Assembly (NCBI GenBank): GCA_964016885.1
Contig: OZ024746.1
Coordinates: 3,472,001-3,536,000, forward strand
From: Eledone cirrhosa
Taxonomy: Eukaryota
Length of the DNA: 64,000 nt
Direction of reading: 5' to 3'
The position numbers and the translations under genes were made by a program. Shown here one piece after another: positions 1-14,844 of this stretch. A model generated the notes under the pieces. It made no database searches, was not told the origin of the DNA, and saw only the letters and a program-made list of their open reading frames with translations. Each line of letters begins with the position of its first letter. The first letter of the stretch is position 1.

Positions 1-3000
1 TAGATATACCAGCCAAGGTGACACGATATATATATCTACATGTGATAGCATTAGATATACCAGCCAAGGTGACATGATATATATATCTACATGTGGTAGC
101 ATTAGATATACCAGCCAAGGTGACATATCTACATGTGGTAGCATTAGATATACCAGCCAAGGTGACATGATATATATATCTACATGTGGTAGCATTAGAT
201 ATACCAGCCAAGGTGACATGATATATATATCTACATGTGATAGCATTAGATATACCAGCCAAGGTGACATGATATATATATCTACATGTGATAGCATTAG
301 ATATACCAGCCAAGGTGACATGATATATATATCTACATGTGGTAGCATTAGATATACCAGCCAAGGTGACATGATATATATATCTACATGTGGTAGCATT
401 AGATATACCAGCCAAGGTGACACGATATATATATCTACATGTGATAGCATTAGATATACCAGCCAAGGTGACATGATATATATATCTACATGTGATAGCA
501 TTAGATATACCAGCCAAGGTGACATGATATATATATCTACATGTGGTAGTATTAGATATACCAGCCAAGGTGACATGATATATATATCTACATGTGATAG
601 CATTAGATATACCAGCCAAGGTGACATGATATATATATCTACATGTGATAGCATTAGATATACCAGCCAAGGTGACACGATATATCTACATGTGATAGCA
701 TTAGATATACCAGCCAAGGTGACACGATATATATATCTACATGTGGTAGTATTAGATATACCAGCCAAGGTGACATGATATATATATCTACATGTGGTAG
801 CATTAGATATACCAGTCAAGGTGACATGATATATATATATATCTACATGTGATAGCATGAGATATACCAGCCAAGGTGACACGATATATATATCTACATG
901 TGGTAGCATTAGATATACCAGCCAAGGTGACATGATATATATATCTACATGTGGTAGCATTAGATATACCAGTCAAGGTGACATGATATATATATATATC
1001 TACATGTGATAGCATGAGATATACCAGCCAAGGTGACATGATATATATATCTACATGTGATAGCATTAGATATACCAGCCAAGGTGACATGATATATATA
1101 TCTACATGTGATAGCATTAGATATACCAGCCAAGGTGACGTGATATATATATCTACATGTGGTAGCATTAGATATACCAGCCAAGGTGACATGATATATA
1201 TATCTACATGTGATAGCATTAGATATACCGGCCAAGGTGACACGATATATATATCTACATGTGGTAGTATTAGATATACCAGCCAAGGTGACATGATATA
1301 TACATCTACATGTGATAGCATTAGATATACCAGCCAAGGTGACATGATATATATATCTACATGTGGTAGCATTAGATATACCAGCCAAGGTGACATGATA
1401 TATACATCTACATGTGGTAGCATTAGATATACCAGCCAAGGTGACATGATATATACATCTACATGTGGTAGCATTAGATATACCAGCCAAGGTGACACAA
1501 TATATATATCTACATGTGATAGCATTAGATATACCAGCTAAGGTGACACGATATATATATCTACATGTGGTAGCATTAGATATACCAGCCAAGGTGACAT
1601 ATATATATATCTACATGTGATAGCATTAGATATACCAGCCAAGGTGACACGATATATATATCTACATGTGATAGCATTAGATATACCAGCTAAGGTGACA
1701 CAATATATATATCTACATGTGATAGCATTAGATATACCAGCCAAGGTGACATGATATATATATCTACATGTGATAGCATTAGATATACCAGCCAAGGTGA
1801 CATGATATATATATCTACATGTGATAGCATTAGATATACCCGCCAAGGTGACACAATATATATATCTACATGTGATAGTATTAGATATACCAGCCAAGAT
1901 GACACGATATATATATCTACATGTGGTAGCATTAGATATACCAGCCAAGGTGACATGATATATATATCTACATGTGGTAGCATTAGATATACCAGCCAAG
2001 GTGACATATCTACATGTGGTAGCATTAGATATACCAGCCAAGGTGACACGATATATATATCTACATGTGATAGCATTAGATATACCAGCCAAGGTGACAC
2101 GATATATATATCTACATGTGATAGCATTAGATATACCAGCCAAGGTGACATGATATATATATCTACATGTGATAGCATTAGATATACCAGTCAAGGTGAC
2201 ACGATATATATATCTACATGTCATAGCATTAGATATACCAGCCAAGGTGACATGATATATATATCTACATGTGATAGCATTAGATATACCAGCCAAGGTG
2301 ACACGATATATATATCTACATGTGATAGCATTAGATATACCAGCCAAGGTGACACGATATATATATCTACATGTGGTAGTATTAGATATACCAGCCAAGG
2401 TGACACGATATATATATCTACATGTGATAGCATTAGATATACCAGCCAAGGTGACATGATATATATATCTACATGTGGTAGCATTAGATATACCAGCCAA
2501 GGTGACATGATATATATATCTACATGTGGTAGCATTAGATATACCAGCCAAGGTGACATGATATATATATCTACATGTGGTAGCATTTGATATACCAGCC
2601 AAGGTGACATGATATATATATCTACATGTGATAGCATTAGATATACCAGCCAAGGTGACATGATATATATATCTACATGTGATAGCATTAGATATACCAG
2701 CCAAGGTGACATGATATATATATCTACATGTGGTAGCATTAGATATACCAGCCAAGGTGACATGATATATATATCTACATGTGGTAGCATTAGATATACC
2801 AGCCAAGGTGACACGATATATATATCTACATGTGATAGCATTAGATATACCAGCCAAGGTGACATGATATATATATCTACATGTGATAGCATTAGATATA
2901 CCAGCCAAGGTGACATGATATATATATCTACATGTGATAGCATTTGATATACCAGCCAAGGTGACATGATATATATATCTACATGTGGTAGCATTAGATA

Positions 3001-6000
3001 TACCAGCGAAGGTGACATGATATATATATCTACATGTGGTAGCATTAGATATATCAGCCAAGGTGACACGATATATATATCTACATGTGGTAGCATTAGA
3101 TATACCAGCCAAAGTGACACGATATATATATCTACATGTGATAGCATTAGATATACCAGCCAAGGTGACATGATATATATATCTACATGTGATAGCATTA
3201 GATATACCAGCCAAGGTGACATGATATATATATCTACATGTGGTAGTATTAGATATACCAGCCAAGGTGACATGATATATATATCTACATGTGATAGCAT
3301 TAGATATACCAGCCAAGGTGACATGATATATATATCTACATGTGATAGCACTAGATATACCAGCCAAGGTGACACGATATATATATCTACATGTGATAGC
3401 ATTAGATATACCAGCCAAGGTGACATGATATATATATCTACATGTGGTAGCATTAGATATACCAGCCAAGGTGACATGATATATATATCTACATGTGGTA
3501 GCATTAGATATACCAGTCAAGGTGACATGATATATATATATATCTACATGTGATAGCATGAGATATACCAGCCAAGGTGACATGATATATATATCTACAT
3601 GTGATAGCATTAGATATACCAGCCAAGGTGACATGATATATATATCTACATGTGATAGCATTAGATATACCAGCCAAGGTGACGTGATATATATATCTAC
3701 ATGTGGTAGCATTAGATATACCAGCCAAGGTGACATGATATATATATCTACATGTGATAGCATTAGATATACCGGCCAAGGTGACACGATATATATATCT
3801 ACATGTGGTAGTATTAGATATACCAGCCAAGGTGACATGATATATACATCTACATGTGATAGCATTAGATATACCAGCCAAGGTGACATGATATATATAT
3901 CTACATGTGGTAGCATTAGATATACCAGCCAAGGTGACATGATATATACATCTACATGTGGTAGCATTAGATATACCAGCCAAGGTGACATGATATATAC
4001 ATCTACATGTGGTAGCATTAGATATACCAGCCAAGGTGACACAATATATATATCTACATGTGATAGCATTAGATATACCAGCTAAGGTGACACGATATAT
4101 ATATCTACATGTGGTAGCATTAGATATACCAGCCAAGGTGACATATATATATATATCTACATGTGATAGCATTAGATATACCAGTCAAGGTGACATGATA
4201 TATATATCTACATGTGATAGTATTAGATATACCAGCCAAGGTGACACAATATATATATCTACATGTGATAGCATTAGATATACCAGCCAAGGTGACACAA
4301 TATATATATCTACATGTGATAGCATTAGATATACCAGCCAAGGTGACATGATATATATATCTACATGTGATAGCATTAGATATACCAGCCAAGGTGACAT
4401 GATATATATATCTACATGTGATAGCATTAGATATACCAGCCAAGGTGACACAATATATATATCTACATGTGATAGTATTAGATATACCAGCCAAGATGAC
4501 ACAATATATATATCTACATGTGGTAGCATTAGATATACCAGCCAAGGTGACATGATATATATATCTACATGTGGTAGCATTAGATATACCAGCCAAGGTG
4601 ACATATCAACATGTGGTAGCATTAGATATACCAGCCAAGGTGACACGATATATATATCTACATGTGATAGCATTAGATATACCAGCCAAGGTGACACGAT
4701 ATATATATCTACATGTGATAGCATTAGATATACCAGCCAAGGTGACATGATATATATATCTACATGTGATAGCATTAGATATACCAGTCAAGGTGACACG
4801 ATATATATATCTACATGTGATAGCATTAGATATACCAGCCAAGGTGACATGATATATATATCTACATGTGGTAGCATTAGATATACCAGCCAAGGTGACA
4901 TGATATATATATCTACATGTGGTAGCATTAGATATACCAGCCAAGGTGACATGATATATATATCTACATGTGGTAGCATTTGATATACCAGCCAAGGTGA
5001 CATGATATATATATCTACATGTGATAGCATTAGATATACCAGCCAAGGTGACATGATATATATATCTACATGTGATAGCATTAGATATACCAGCCAAGGT
5101 GAGATGATATATATATCTACATGTGGTAGCATTAGATATACCAGCCAAGGTGACATGATATATATATCTACATGTGGTAGCATTAGATATACCAGCCAAG
5201 GTGACACGATATATATATCTACATGTGATAGCATTAGATATACCAGCCAAGGTGACATGATATATATATCTACATGTGATAGCATTAGATATACCAGCCA
5301 AGGTGACATGATATATATATCTACATGTGATAGCATTTGATATACCAGCCAAGGTGACATGATATATATATCTACATGTGGTAGCATTAGATATACCAGC
5401 GAAGGTGACATGATATATATATCTACATGTGGTAGCATTAGATATATCAGCCAAGGTGACACGATATATATATCTACATGTGGTAGTATTAGATATACCA
5501 GTCAAGGTGACACAATATATATGTCTACATGTGATAGCATTAGATATACCAGCCAAGGTGACACGATATATATATCTACATGTGATAGCATTAGATATAC
5601 CAGCCAAGGTGACATGATATATATATCTACATGTGATAGCATTAGATATACCAGTCAAGGTGACACAATATATATATCTACATGTGATAGCATTAGATAT
5701 ACCAGCCAAGGTGACATGATATATATATCTACATGTGATAGCATTAGATATACCAGCCAAGGTGACACGATATATATATCTACATGTGATAGCATTAGAT
5801 ATACCAGCCAAGGTGACACAATATATATTTCTACATGTGGTAGTATTAGATATACCAGCCAAGGTGACACGATATATATATCTACATGTGATAGCATTAG
5901 ATATACCAGCCAAGGTGACATGATATATATATCTACATGTGGTAGCATTAGATATACCAGCCAAGGTGACATGATATATATATCTACATGTGGTAGCATT

Positions 6001-9000
6001 AGATATACCAGCCAAGGTGACATGATATATACATCTACATGTGGTAGCATTAGATATACCAGCCAAGGTGACATGATATATACATCTACATGTGGTAGCA
6101 TTAGATATACCAGCCAAGGTGACACAATATATATATCTACATGTGATAGCATTAGATATACCAGCTAAGGTGACACGATATATATATCTACATGTGGTAG
6201 CATTAGATATACCAGCCAAGGTGACATATATATATATATCTACATGTGATAGCATTAGATATACCAGTCAAGGTGACATGATATATATATCTACATGTGA
6301 TAGTATTAGATATACCAGCCAAGGTGACACAATATATATATCTACATGTGATAGCATTAGATATACCAGCCAAGGTGACACAATATATATATCTACATGT
6401 GATAGCATTAGATATACCAGCCAAGGTGACATGATATATATATCTACATGTGATAGCATTAGATATACCAGCCAAGGTGACATGATATATATATCTACAT
6501 GTGATAGCATTAGATATACCAGCCAAGGTGACACAATATATATATCTACATGTGATAGTATTAGATATACCAGCCAAGATGACACAATATATATATCTAC
6601 ATGTGGTAGCATTAGATATACCAGCCAAGGTGACATGATATATATATCTACATGTGGTAGCATTAGATATACCAGCCAAGGTGACATATCAACATGTGGT
6701 AGCATTAGATATACCAGCCAAGGTGACACGATATATATATCTACATGTGATAGCATTAGATATACCAGCCAAGGTGACACGATATATATATCTACATGTG
6801 ATAGCATTAGATATACCAGCCAAGGTGACATGATATATATATCTACATGTGATAGCATTAGATATACCAGTCAAGGTGACACGATATATATATCTACATG
6901 TGATAGCATTAGATATACCAGCCAAGGTGACATGATATATATATCTACATGTGGTAGCATTAGATATACCAGCCAAGGTGACATGATATATATATCTACA
7001 TGTGGTAGCATTAGATATACCAGCCAAGGTGACATGATATATATATCTACATGTGGTAGCATTTGATATACCAGCCAAGGTGACATGATATATATATCTA
7101 CATGTGATAGCATTAGATATACCAGCCAAGGTGACATGATATATATATCTACATGTGATAGCATTAGATATACCAGCCAAGGTGACATGATATATATATC
7201 TACATGTGGTAGCATTAGATATACCAGCCAAGGTGACATGATATATATATCTACATGTGGTAGCATTAGATATACCAGCCAAGGTGACACGATATATATA
7301 TCTACATGTGATAGCATTAGATATACCAGCCAAGGTGACATGATATATATATCTACATGTGATAGCATTAGATATACCAGCCAAGGTGACATGATATATA
7401 TATCTACATGTGATAGCATTTGATATACCAGCCAAGGTGACATGATATATATATCTACATGTGGTAGCATTAGATATACCAGCGAAGGTGACATGATATA
7501 TATATCTACATGTGGTAGCATTAGATATATCAGCCAAGGTGACACGATATACATATCTACATGTGGTAGTATTAGATATACCAGTCAAGGTGACACAATA
7601 TATATGTCTACATGTGATAGCATTAGATATACCAGCCAAGGTGACACGATATATATATCTACATGTGATAGCATTAGATATACCAGCCAAGGTGACATGA
7701 TATATATATCTACATGTGATAGCATTAGATATACCAGTCAAGGTGACACAATATATATATCTACATGTGATAGCATTAGATATACCAGCCAAGGTGACAT
7801 GATATATATATCTACATGTGATAGCATTAGATATACCAGCCAAGGTGACACGATATATATATCTACATGTGATAGCATTAGATATACCAGCCAAGGTGAC
7901 ACAATATATATTTCTACATGTGGTAGTATTAGATATACCAGCCAAGGTGACACGATATATATATCTACATGTGATAGCATTAGATATACCAGCCAAGGTG
8001 ACATGATATATATATCTACATGTGGTAGCATTAGATATACCAGCCAAGGTGACATGATATATATATCTACATGTGGTAGCATTAGATATACCAGTCAAGG
8101 TGACATGATATATATATATCTACATGTGATAGCATGAGATATACCAGCCAAGGTGACATGATATATATATCTACATGTGATAGCATTAGACATACCAGCC
8201 AAGGTGACATGATATATATATCTACATGTGATAGCATTAGATATACCAGCCAAGGTGACGTGATATATATATCTACATGTGGTAGCATTAGATATACCAG
8301 CCAAGGTGACATGATATATATATCTACATGTGATAGCATTAGATATACCGGCCAAGGTGACACGATATATATATCTACATGTGGTAGTATTAGATATACC
8401 AGCCAAGGTGACATGATATATACATCTACATGTGATAGCATTAGATATACCAGCCAAGGTGACATGATATATATATCTACATGTGGTAGCATTAGATATA
8501 CCAGCCAAGGTGACATGATATATATATCTACATGTGGTAGCATTAGATATACCAGTAAAGGTGACACGATATATATATCTACATGTGATAGCATTAGATA
8601 TACCAGCCAAGGTGACATGATATATATATCTACATGTGATAGCATTAGATATACCAGCCAAGGTGACATGATATATATATCTACATGTGATAGCATTAGA
8701 TATACCAGCCAAGGTGACATGATATATATATCTACATGTGGTAGCATTAGATATACCAGCCAAGGTGACATGATATATATATCTACATGTGGTAGCATTA
8801 GATATACCAGCCAAGGTGACATGATATATATATATCTACATGTGATAGCATTAGATATACCAGCCAAGGTGACATGATATATATATCTACATGTGGTAGT
8901 ATTAGATATACCAGCCAAGGTGACATGATATATATATCTACATGTGGTAGCATTAGATATACCAGCCAAGGTGACACGATATATATATCTACATGTGGTA

Positions 9001-10227
9001 GCATTAGATATACCAGCCAAGGTGACATGATATATATATCTACTTGTGGTAGCATTAGATATACCAGCCAAGGTGACACTATATATATATCTACATGTGG
9101 TAGTATTAGATATACCAGCCAAGGTGACATGATATATATATCTACATGTTATAGCATGAGATATACCAGCCAAGGTGACATGATATATATATATCTACAT
9201 GTTATAGCATTAGATATACCAGCCAAGGTGACATGATATATATATATCTACATGTGATAGCATTAGATATACCAGCCAAGGTGACATGATATATATATAT
9301 CTACATGTGATAACATTAGATATACCAGCCAAGGTGACATGATATATATATCTACATGTGGTAGTATTAGATATACCAGCCAAGGTGACATGATATATAT
9401 ATCTACATGTGGTAGTATTAGATATACCAGCCAAGGTGACAAGATATATATATCTACATGTGGTAGTATTAGATATACCAGCCAAGGTGACATGATATAT
9501 ATATCTACATGTGGTAGCATTAGATATACCAGCCAAGGTGACACGATATATATATCTACATGTGATAGCATTAGATATACCAGCCAAGGTGACATGATAT
9601 ATATATCTACATGTGGTAGTATTAGATATACCAGCCAAGGTGACATGATATATATATCTACATGTGGTAGCATTAGATATGCCAGCCAAGGTGACACGAT
9701 ATATATATCTACATGTGGTAGTATTAGATATACCAGCCAAGGTGACATGATATATATATCTACATGTGGTAGCATTAGATATACCAGCCAAGGTGACACG
9801 ATATATATATATCTACGTGTGGTAGTATTAGATATACCCAGCCAAGGTGACACGATATATATATCTACATGTTATAGCATTAGATATACCAGCCAAGGTG
9901 ACATGATATATATATCTACATGTGGTAGTATTAGATATACCAGCCAAGGTGACATGATATATATATCTACATGTGGTAGTATTAGATATACCAGCCAAGG
10001 TGACATGATATATATATCTACATGTGATAGCATTAGATATACCAGCCAAGGTGACATGATATATATATCTACATGTGGTAGTATTAGATATACCAGCCAA
10101 GGTGACATGATATATATATCTACATGTGATAGCATTAGATATACCAGCCAAGGTGACATGATATATATATCTACATGTGGTAGTATTAGATATACCAGCC
10201 AAGGTGACATGATATATATATCTACAT
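1..10227. repeat. 51-bp tandem satellite, about 200 units, runs off the window start
   Basis: Unit AGATATACCAGCCAAGGTGACA(T/C)GATATATATATCTACATGTG(A/G)TAG(C/T)ATT is repeated head-to-tail. Its length of 17 codons explains the repetitive ORFs. Confidence 0.98.
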
Positions 10228-10422
10228 ATATTGTTTTGTTTTTGTTGCTTTTTTTTATCCTCCAGGTCATCACTGATCCATCAGATTACAAATGTCCCAG
10301 AACTCCCTTATTCAATGTGTTCTCTCTTTATTAGAGATATTCATGCACTTTGAGAAAGATTGAGCTGCTATTTCCAGCAGGGCACACAATTGCATAAAGA
10401 CTGATTGGTTAGTGTGTGTGTG

Positions 10423-10457
<35 letters not shown>

Positions 10458-10740
10458 CTATATATATATATATATATCATCATCATCAGCATCATTGTTT
10501 TTATGTCCACTTTTCCATGCTTGCATGGGTTGGACACACATGTCATGGCTGTGTTGTTAAGGAGTTTGCTTTGCAAGTATGTTCTGGGTTAAGTCCCATT
10601 GGGCTGCTCCTTGGGCAAGTTTTTTTTATAAAAAGAGTCATATTTGAAATTAATTTTTATGTTCAAGAGCTATAACATATTTTTACAAATTATATTTATA
10701 AATATCAAAATATACAGACCAAAAATATTTTCTCAAACCT

Positions 10741-10969
10741 TTAACCCTTTAGCATTTACATTATTCTATATTTACTATTGTATTTTTACAGTAAACACTT
10801 TATTTCACATAATTATCTCGCATAATATCGAATTGATGAGATTTTGATATTATTTATTTTGAGAACAATGCCTTAACATAAGTATGAGTGGCTGGTTACT
10901 GCTGGTTTGAACAGAAAGAGGTGACAGAATTCTGGCCGGATACAGCCGGTTTAAATGCTAAAGGGTTAA
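10741..10969. mobile_element. piggyBac-type MITE
   Basis: TTAA-CCCTTTAGCATTTA ... TAAATGCTAAAGGG-TTAA terminal inverted repeats. A second copy is at 24747-24965. Confidence 0.75.
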
Positions 10970-11429
10970 TGGTACCAACCACTGACAGGAGAAAAGAGAA
11001 AAATATTTGAGGTAAAACTTTACATTCACTTCTCTGTGTGGTCACCTTATTTTAGTTAAGATATATAAGAAGACAAGGGACCCCTGGGGTCACAATACTA
11101 TAGAGAATCATGGATACAGTAAAGATTATAGCTTATAAAATATTTTTCCTGTTACTTTCCATACTGGGGTTGGACAGTTTGTCAGATTCTGAGGCTAGAC
11201 CCCATATCTAGCTCATATATTCCATGTTTGAGATCGTTTTTACAGTTGGATACCCTTCCTAACACCAACCACATTATAGGATGCATTTTTTTGTGGCACC
11301 AGCACTACCACTCTACAGAGTGGACTGGATGTGTTTTATCATGCTATCAACTCTACCACTTTACAAGATGGAGGATGGACTGTATGCATTTTAATGTGGC
11401 ACCAGCACTAGAGAGCTTCTTTTTCTCCC

Positions 11430-11690
11430 ACTTATTTCTGAGAGGGTCATGAGGGCAGAGTCTTCAAATACTTCTTCCAGCGGGTCCTGTCAGAAGCAAC
11501 CATCTTGCTCGGTGTCTACCCCTGGCTCCCCTGCTGGTTGGTTTTGCCCATAAAATCTGTCCAGTAATTCTTTCCAAGACTTTCTAACCACATGCTCTTA
11601 GTATCAGAGCTGTGATCTCTCAATATGGAGAAGTAGTGGCTCTACCAGGAGTGACTCTCCGATCTAAGAATTACACACTTTATTGAGTAA
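11430..11690 (-). mobile_element. RTE-clade LINE 3' fragment
   Basis: Reverse complement is homologous to 25058-25740 (VEPLLL.IERS.L.Y.HVVR...KP.G..GRP). Another copy is at about 54330-54535. Confidence 0.65.
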
Positions 11691-11906
11691 CATTAGTCCA
11701 AAGACCCTTTGAAGGAACCCCATTTCAGCTGCTTGTATTCACGAGGTTGTCATAAGATAATGTAAAGAAATTAAAATAAAGAATAAATAAATTTAATGAA
11801 TGAGCATGGTGTTAGAAGATGGAGATGGGAAGGTATCAGGTGAAATACTGTATAGCACAGAAATACGAGGATATATTGTTAAACTATAAAGTAATCTATT
11901 TAATAG

Positions 11907-12250
11907 TGAAGGTGTATGGCTCAGTGGTTAGATCATTAGGCTTGCAATTGGAAGGTTTGAGTTCAATTCTCAGACTGGGTGATGCATTGTGTTCTTGAGC
12001 AAGACACTTTATTTTGTGTTGCTCCAGTTTATTCAGCTGTAGAAATGAGTTGTGATGCCCCTGGTGTCGAGCTGTATCAGCCATTACCTTTCCCTTGGAC
12101 AACATTGGTGGCGTGGAGAGGGGAGGCTGGTATGCATGGGTGATTGCTGGTCTTCTGTAAACAACCTTGTCCAGACTTGTACCTCAGAGAGAAATTTTTT
12201 AGGTACAAATCCCATGGTCATTTGTGACCTATGGAGGTCTTTAACTTTTA
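11907..12250 (+). mobile_element. tRNA-derived SINE (family B)
   Basis: A-box TGGCTCAGTGGTTAG, B-box GAGTTCAATTC and central CTTGAGCAAGACACTT. Relatives at 15096-15250(-), 21710-21950 and 51266-51515. Confidence 0.75.
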
Positions 12251-13143
12251 CCCTTGATATAGTGATTTGAAAAGTTCAAACAACTCTTAGTATAAAGTAG
12301 ATGAATTAATTCAGTAGATCTATTGGCATTTCTCTTCTTAATGTGGCCATCTGCTACAAATAGCTCAACATTACGCAGTCTATCTCTTAATTTTAGTATC
12401 GAATGTTATTGTTTAATGCTAGTCTAAAGTCTAAAGTCTGTCTCAAGTGAGGAGGCTCGTGAGACCAGTGCTTATCCTGGCTTCATTGTGGGAAGCGACT
12501 GAGAGTACATGACTTCTCCCTGGACTGGACGCCAGTCTATCACAGGGTTAAACCCCCAGCTATTGCTGGTACTCATTTTCAACTGAATATACTGAAGCAC
12601 CCTGAAATGAAGTGTTTTGCTCAAGGTCACAACACACGAGCCAGCCCAGGAACTGAACCCTTACCACTAGGCCACAATGATTTCATTATGACTTATCAAG
12701 TAAACTATGCTATGCTGGATCTCAATCCAGTCAAGAAAATGATTTCAGAGTTTTATGGGGATAAGAAATTAGGATCTCTTGTCTCCTGTTAAACAATGGG
12801 TTGTTACATAAAGATATTTCTAATAACTTTCAACTCTTAATATTGATACCATCTCTATCTTTCTCCAAATACTGGAAAGAAATGAGATGGGCCCATTCCA
12901 TTGGATGTGTCAAGCCCCTGTCAATGAAAGACAGCACAAATGAACTGAAAGAAAAACAAAAAAATTGGGTATAAGAGGAATTGTCTGTAGCATGCACAAG
13001 AGGAAACTGCACTGGTTTGGACATCTAATGTGTTTGAAAGATTACAGCTGAGTAAAGAATTGCTAAGTGATCCAAGTGGAAGAGACAAAAGATTTAATAT
13101 ATTTCTGTTCTTTGTAGACACCGTGATTGGCAACAGGTGAAAT

Positions 13144-13278
13144 ATGGATGTAATTGAAAATTTGATGTTACTACTGATGGTCATATATGTAGTTTCGTGT
13201 CCTTACACCAAAGTAGAAGAGAGCTTCAATATGCAGGCTATACATGATATCCTTTATCATCGACTAAATATCTTCCAG
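13144..13278 (+). CDS. ALG12: ALG12 coding exon 1
   Basis: MDVIENL...[27 protein letters not shown]|gtgagc. An acceptor ttctttgtag at 13117 suggests an upstream 5'UTR exon. Confidence 0.93.
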
Positions 13279-14634
13279 GTGAGCTGCTTTACAGTACAGG
13301 TGTTCAGTGTTTTCCTTAAGCATTCAGTCATACTAAAATCATGAAATATATATGTATGTTATTTGGATTGGCAGTATCAGTAGAGGGTCGGACGCCATGC
13401 TTTGCAGCAAAGAGTTACGGCCCTTTATGGTCAGTTCCCGCCGAAGTTAACTTTGCCTTTCATCCTTACTGGGTCAATAAAATAAAGTACCAGTAATACA
13501 CTGAGATAATTGCTGGCCTTGTGCCAAAAGTAGAAACAATTATTAATCCTATTGTTATCTCAAGGAAGTGTGGTGAATTGATAAAGTTGTTGAACAGTAC
13601 CGTAGTGCTAAAATTCCCTGGCTTTAAGGGTATTGCAAAAGGGTAGAGCTGTTACCTTTACAAGGGAGGTAGGACTGTGAAAGGGTAGAGCTGTTACCTT
13701 TACAAGGGAGGTAGGACTGTGAAAGGGTAGAGCTGTTACCTTTACAGGGGAAGTAGGACTGAAAGGATAGAAGGATAGAGCTGTTACTTTTACAGGGAGG
13801 CAGGACTGTGTAAGGGTAGAGCTGTTACCTTTACAGAGGAGGTAGGACCGCTACAATAAGTGTGTGAATCTGAGAGGGGAATATGTTGAATAAAATCATA
13901 ATTAACTGATCCTCCTGTATTTTCTTTTACCCAAAGCCAGGAACTTTTCAGCACCCTGGAACTTGTTTTGGCTTTTTACATGCTGAGGTCAACTTTGCCT
14001 TTCAACCTTCTGGGATTGATAAAATAAAGTACCATTCAAGTACTGGAGTTGATTTAATCGACTTTGTCCTTCACCCCAAATTTACTAGACAGTTTCACAT
14101 ATTCAACTTCAGCTTATTACATCACACCTGTTATGTACATATCAAAGGCATCAAAATGTCATTATATAACAGTTATCCAATGGGTTCTCTTAATATTGAT
14201 ACCATATACATAATATATGATATTCATGGAATGCTTATGATTGATTGCACCATAGTTGGTGAATTGCTTGGATCAAACAACACTGATTATTGATCAAATA
14301 TATTTATATGTTTGTGTGTGTGTATATATATATATATAGAATTCACAGGAATCAAAGTTATGTTCAAACCATTTATTAACTTACAATTGTTTCATCCAAA
14401 CCGAGGCTTGGAGTCTTCGGAGCATTAGGTTTGAACATGAGGTTTGAACATAACTTTGATTCCTGTGAATTCGATATAACTACTCTGTAGAACAACTGAT
14501 GTTATTACATTGAGCTATTTATCTTACTGGTAATAAGGTAGTAATAAATTACTGTCTTTCACTGTTTAGGGTTTAAAATATATATAACTATAAAAAGTTT
14601 TAGTATATACATAACCATAAATATTATCCTTAAT

Positions 14635-14675
<41 letters not shown>

Positions 14676-14798
14676 ATAGTGTCGCATGTTTCTGTTCAAA
14701 TTCACAATCCAGCATACATGCAATGTTTGAAACTGGAGGTTGCAACTTTTGTGTTGAAGACATCAACCATAATATATATATATGTACACATACATATA

Positions 14799-14844
<46 letters not shown>

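Noticed and set aside
1-10227. CRISPR-like appearance of the regular arrays (also 31704, 59683, 61262)
   Set aside because: There are no unique spacers and no cas genes, and the context is eukaryotic.
74-10334. Dozens of long ORFs (up to 843 aa) with YISTCDSIRYTSQGD-type repeats
   Set aside because: They are translations of a 51-bp satellite, open in several frames on both strands, with frame-shifting AT indels tolerated.
10266-10334. Strong acceptor-like ttttttatcctccag followed by VITDPSDYKCPRTP...*
   Set aside because: There is no recognisable homology or upstream partner exon, so it cannot be supported.
11907-11980. tRNA genes at SINE heads
   Set aside because: A/B boxes are present but there is no complete cloverleaf, and the sequence continues into a multi-copy SINE body.
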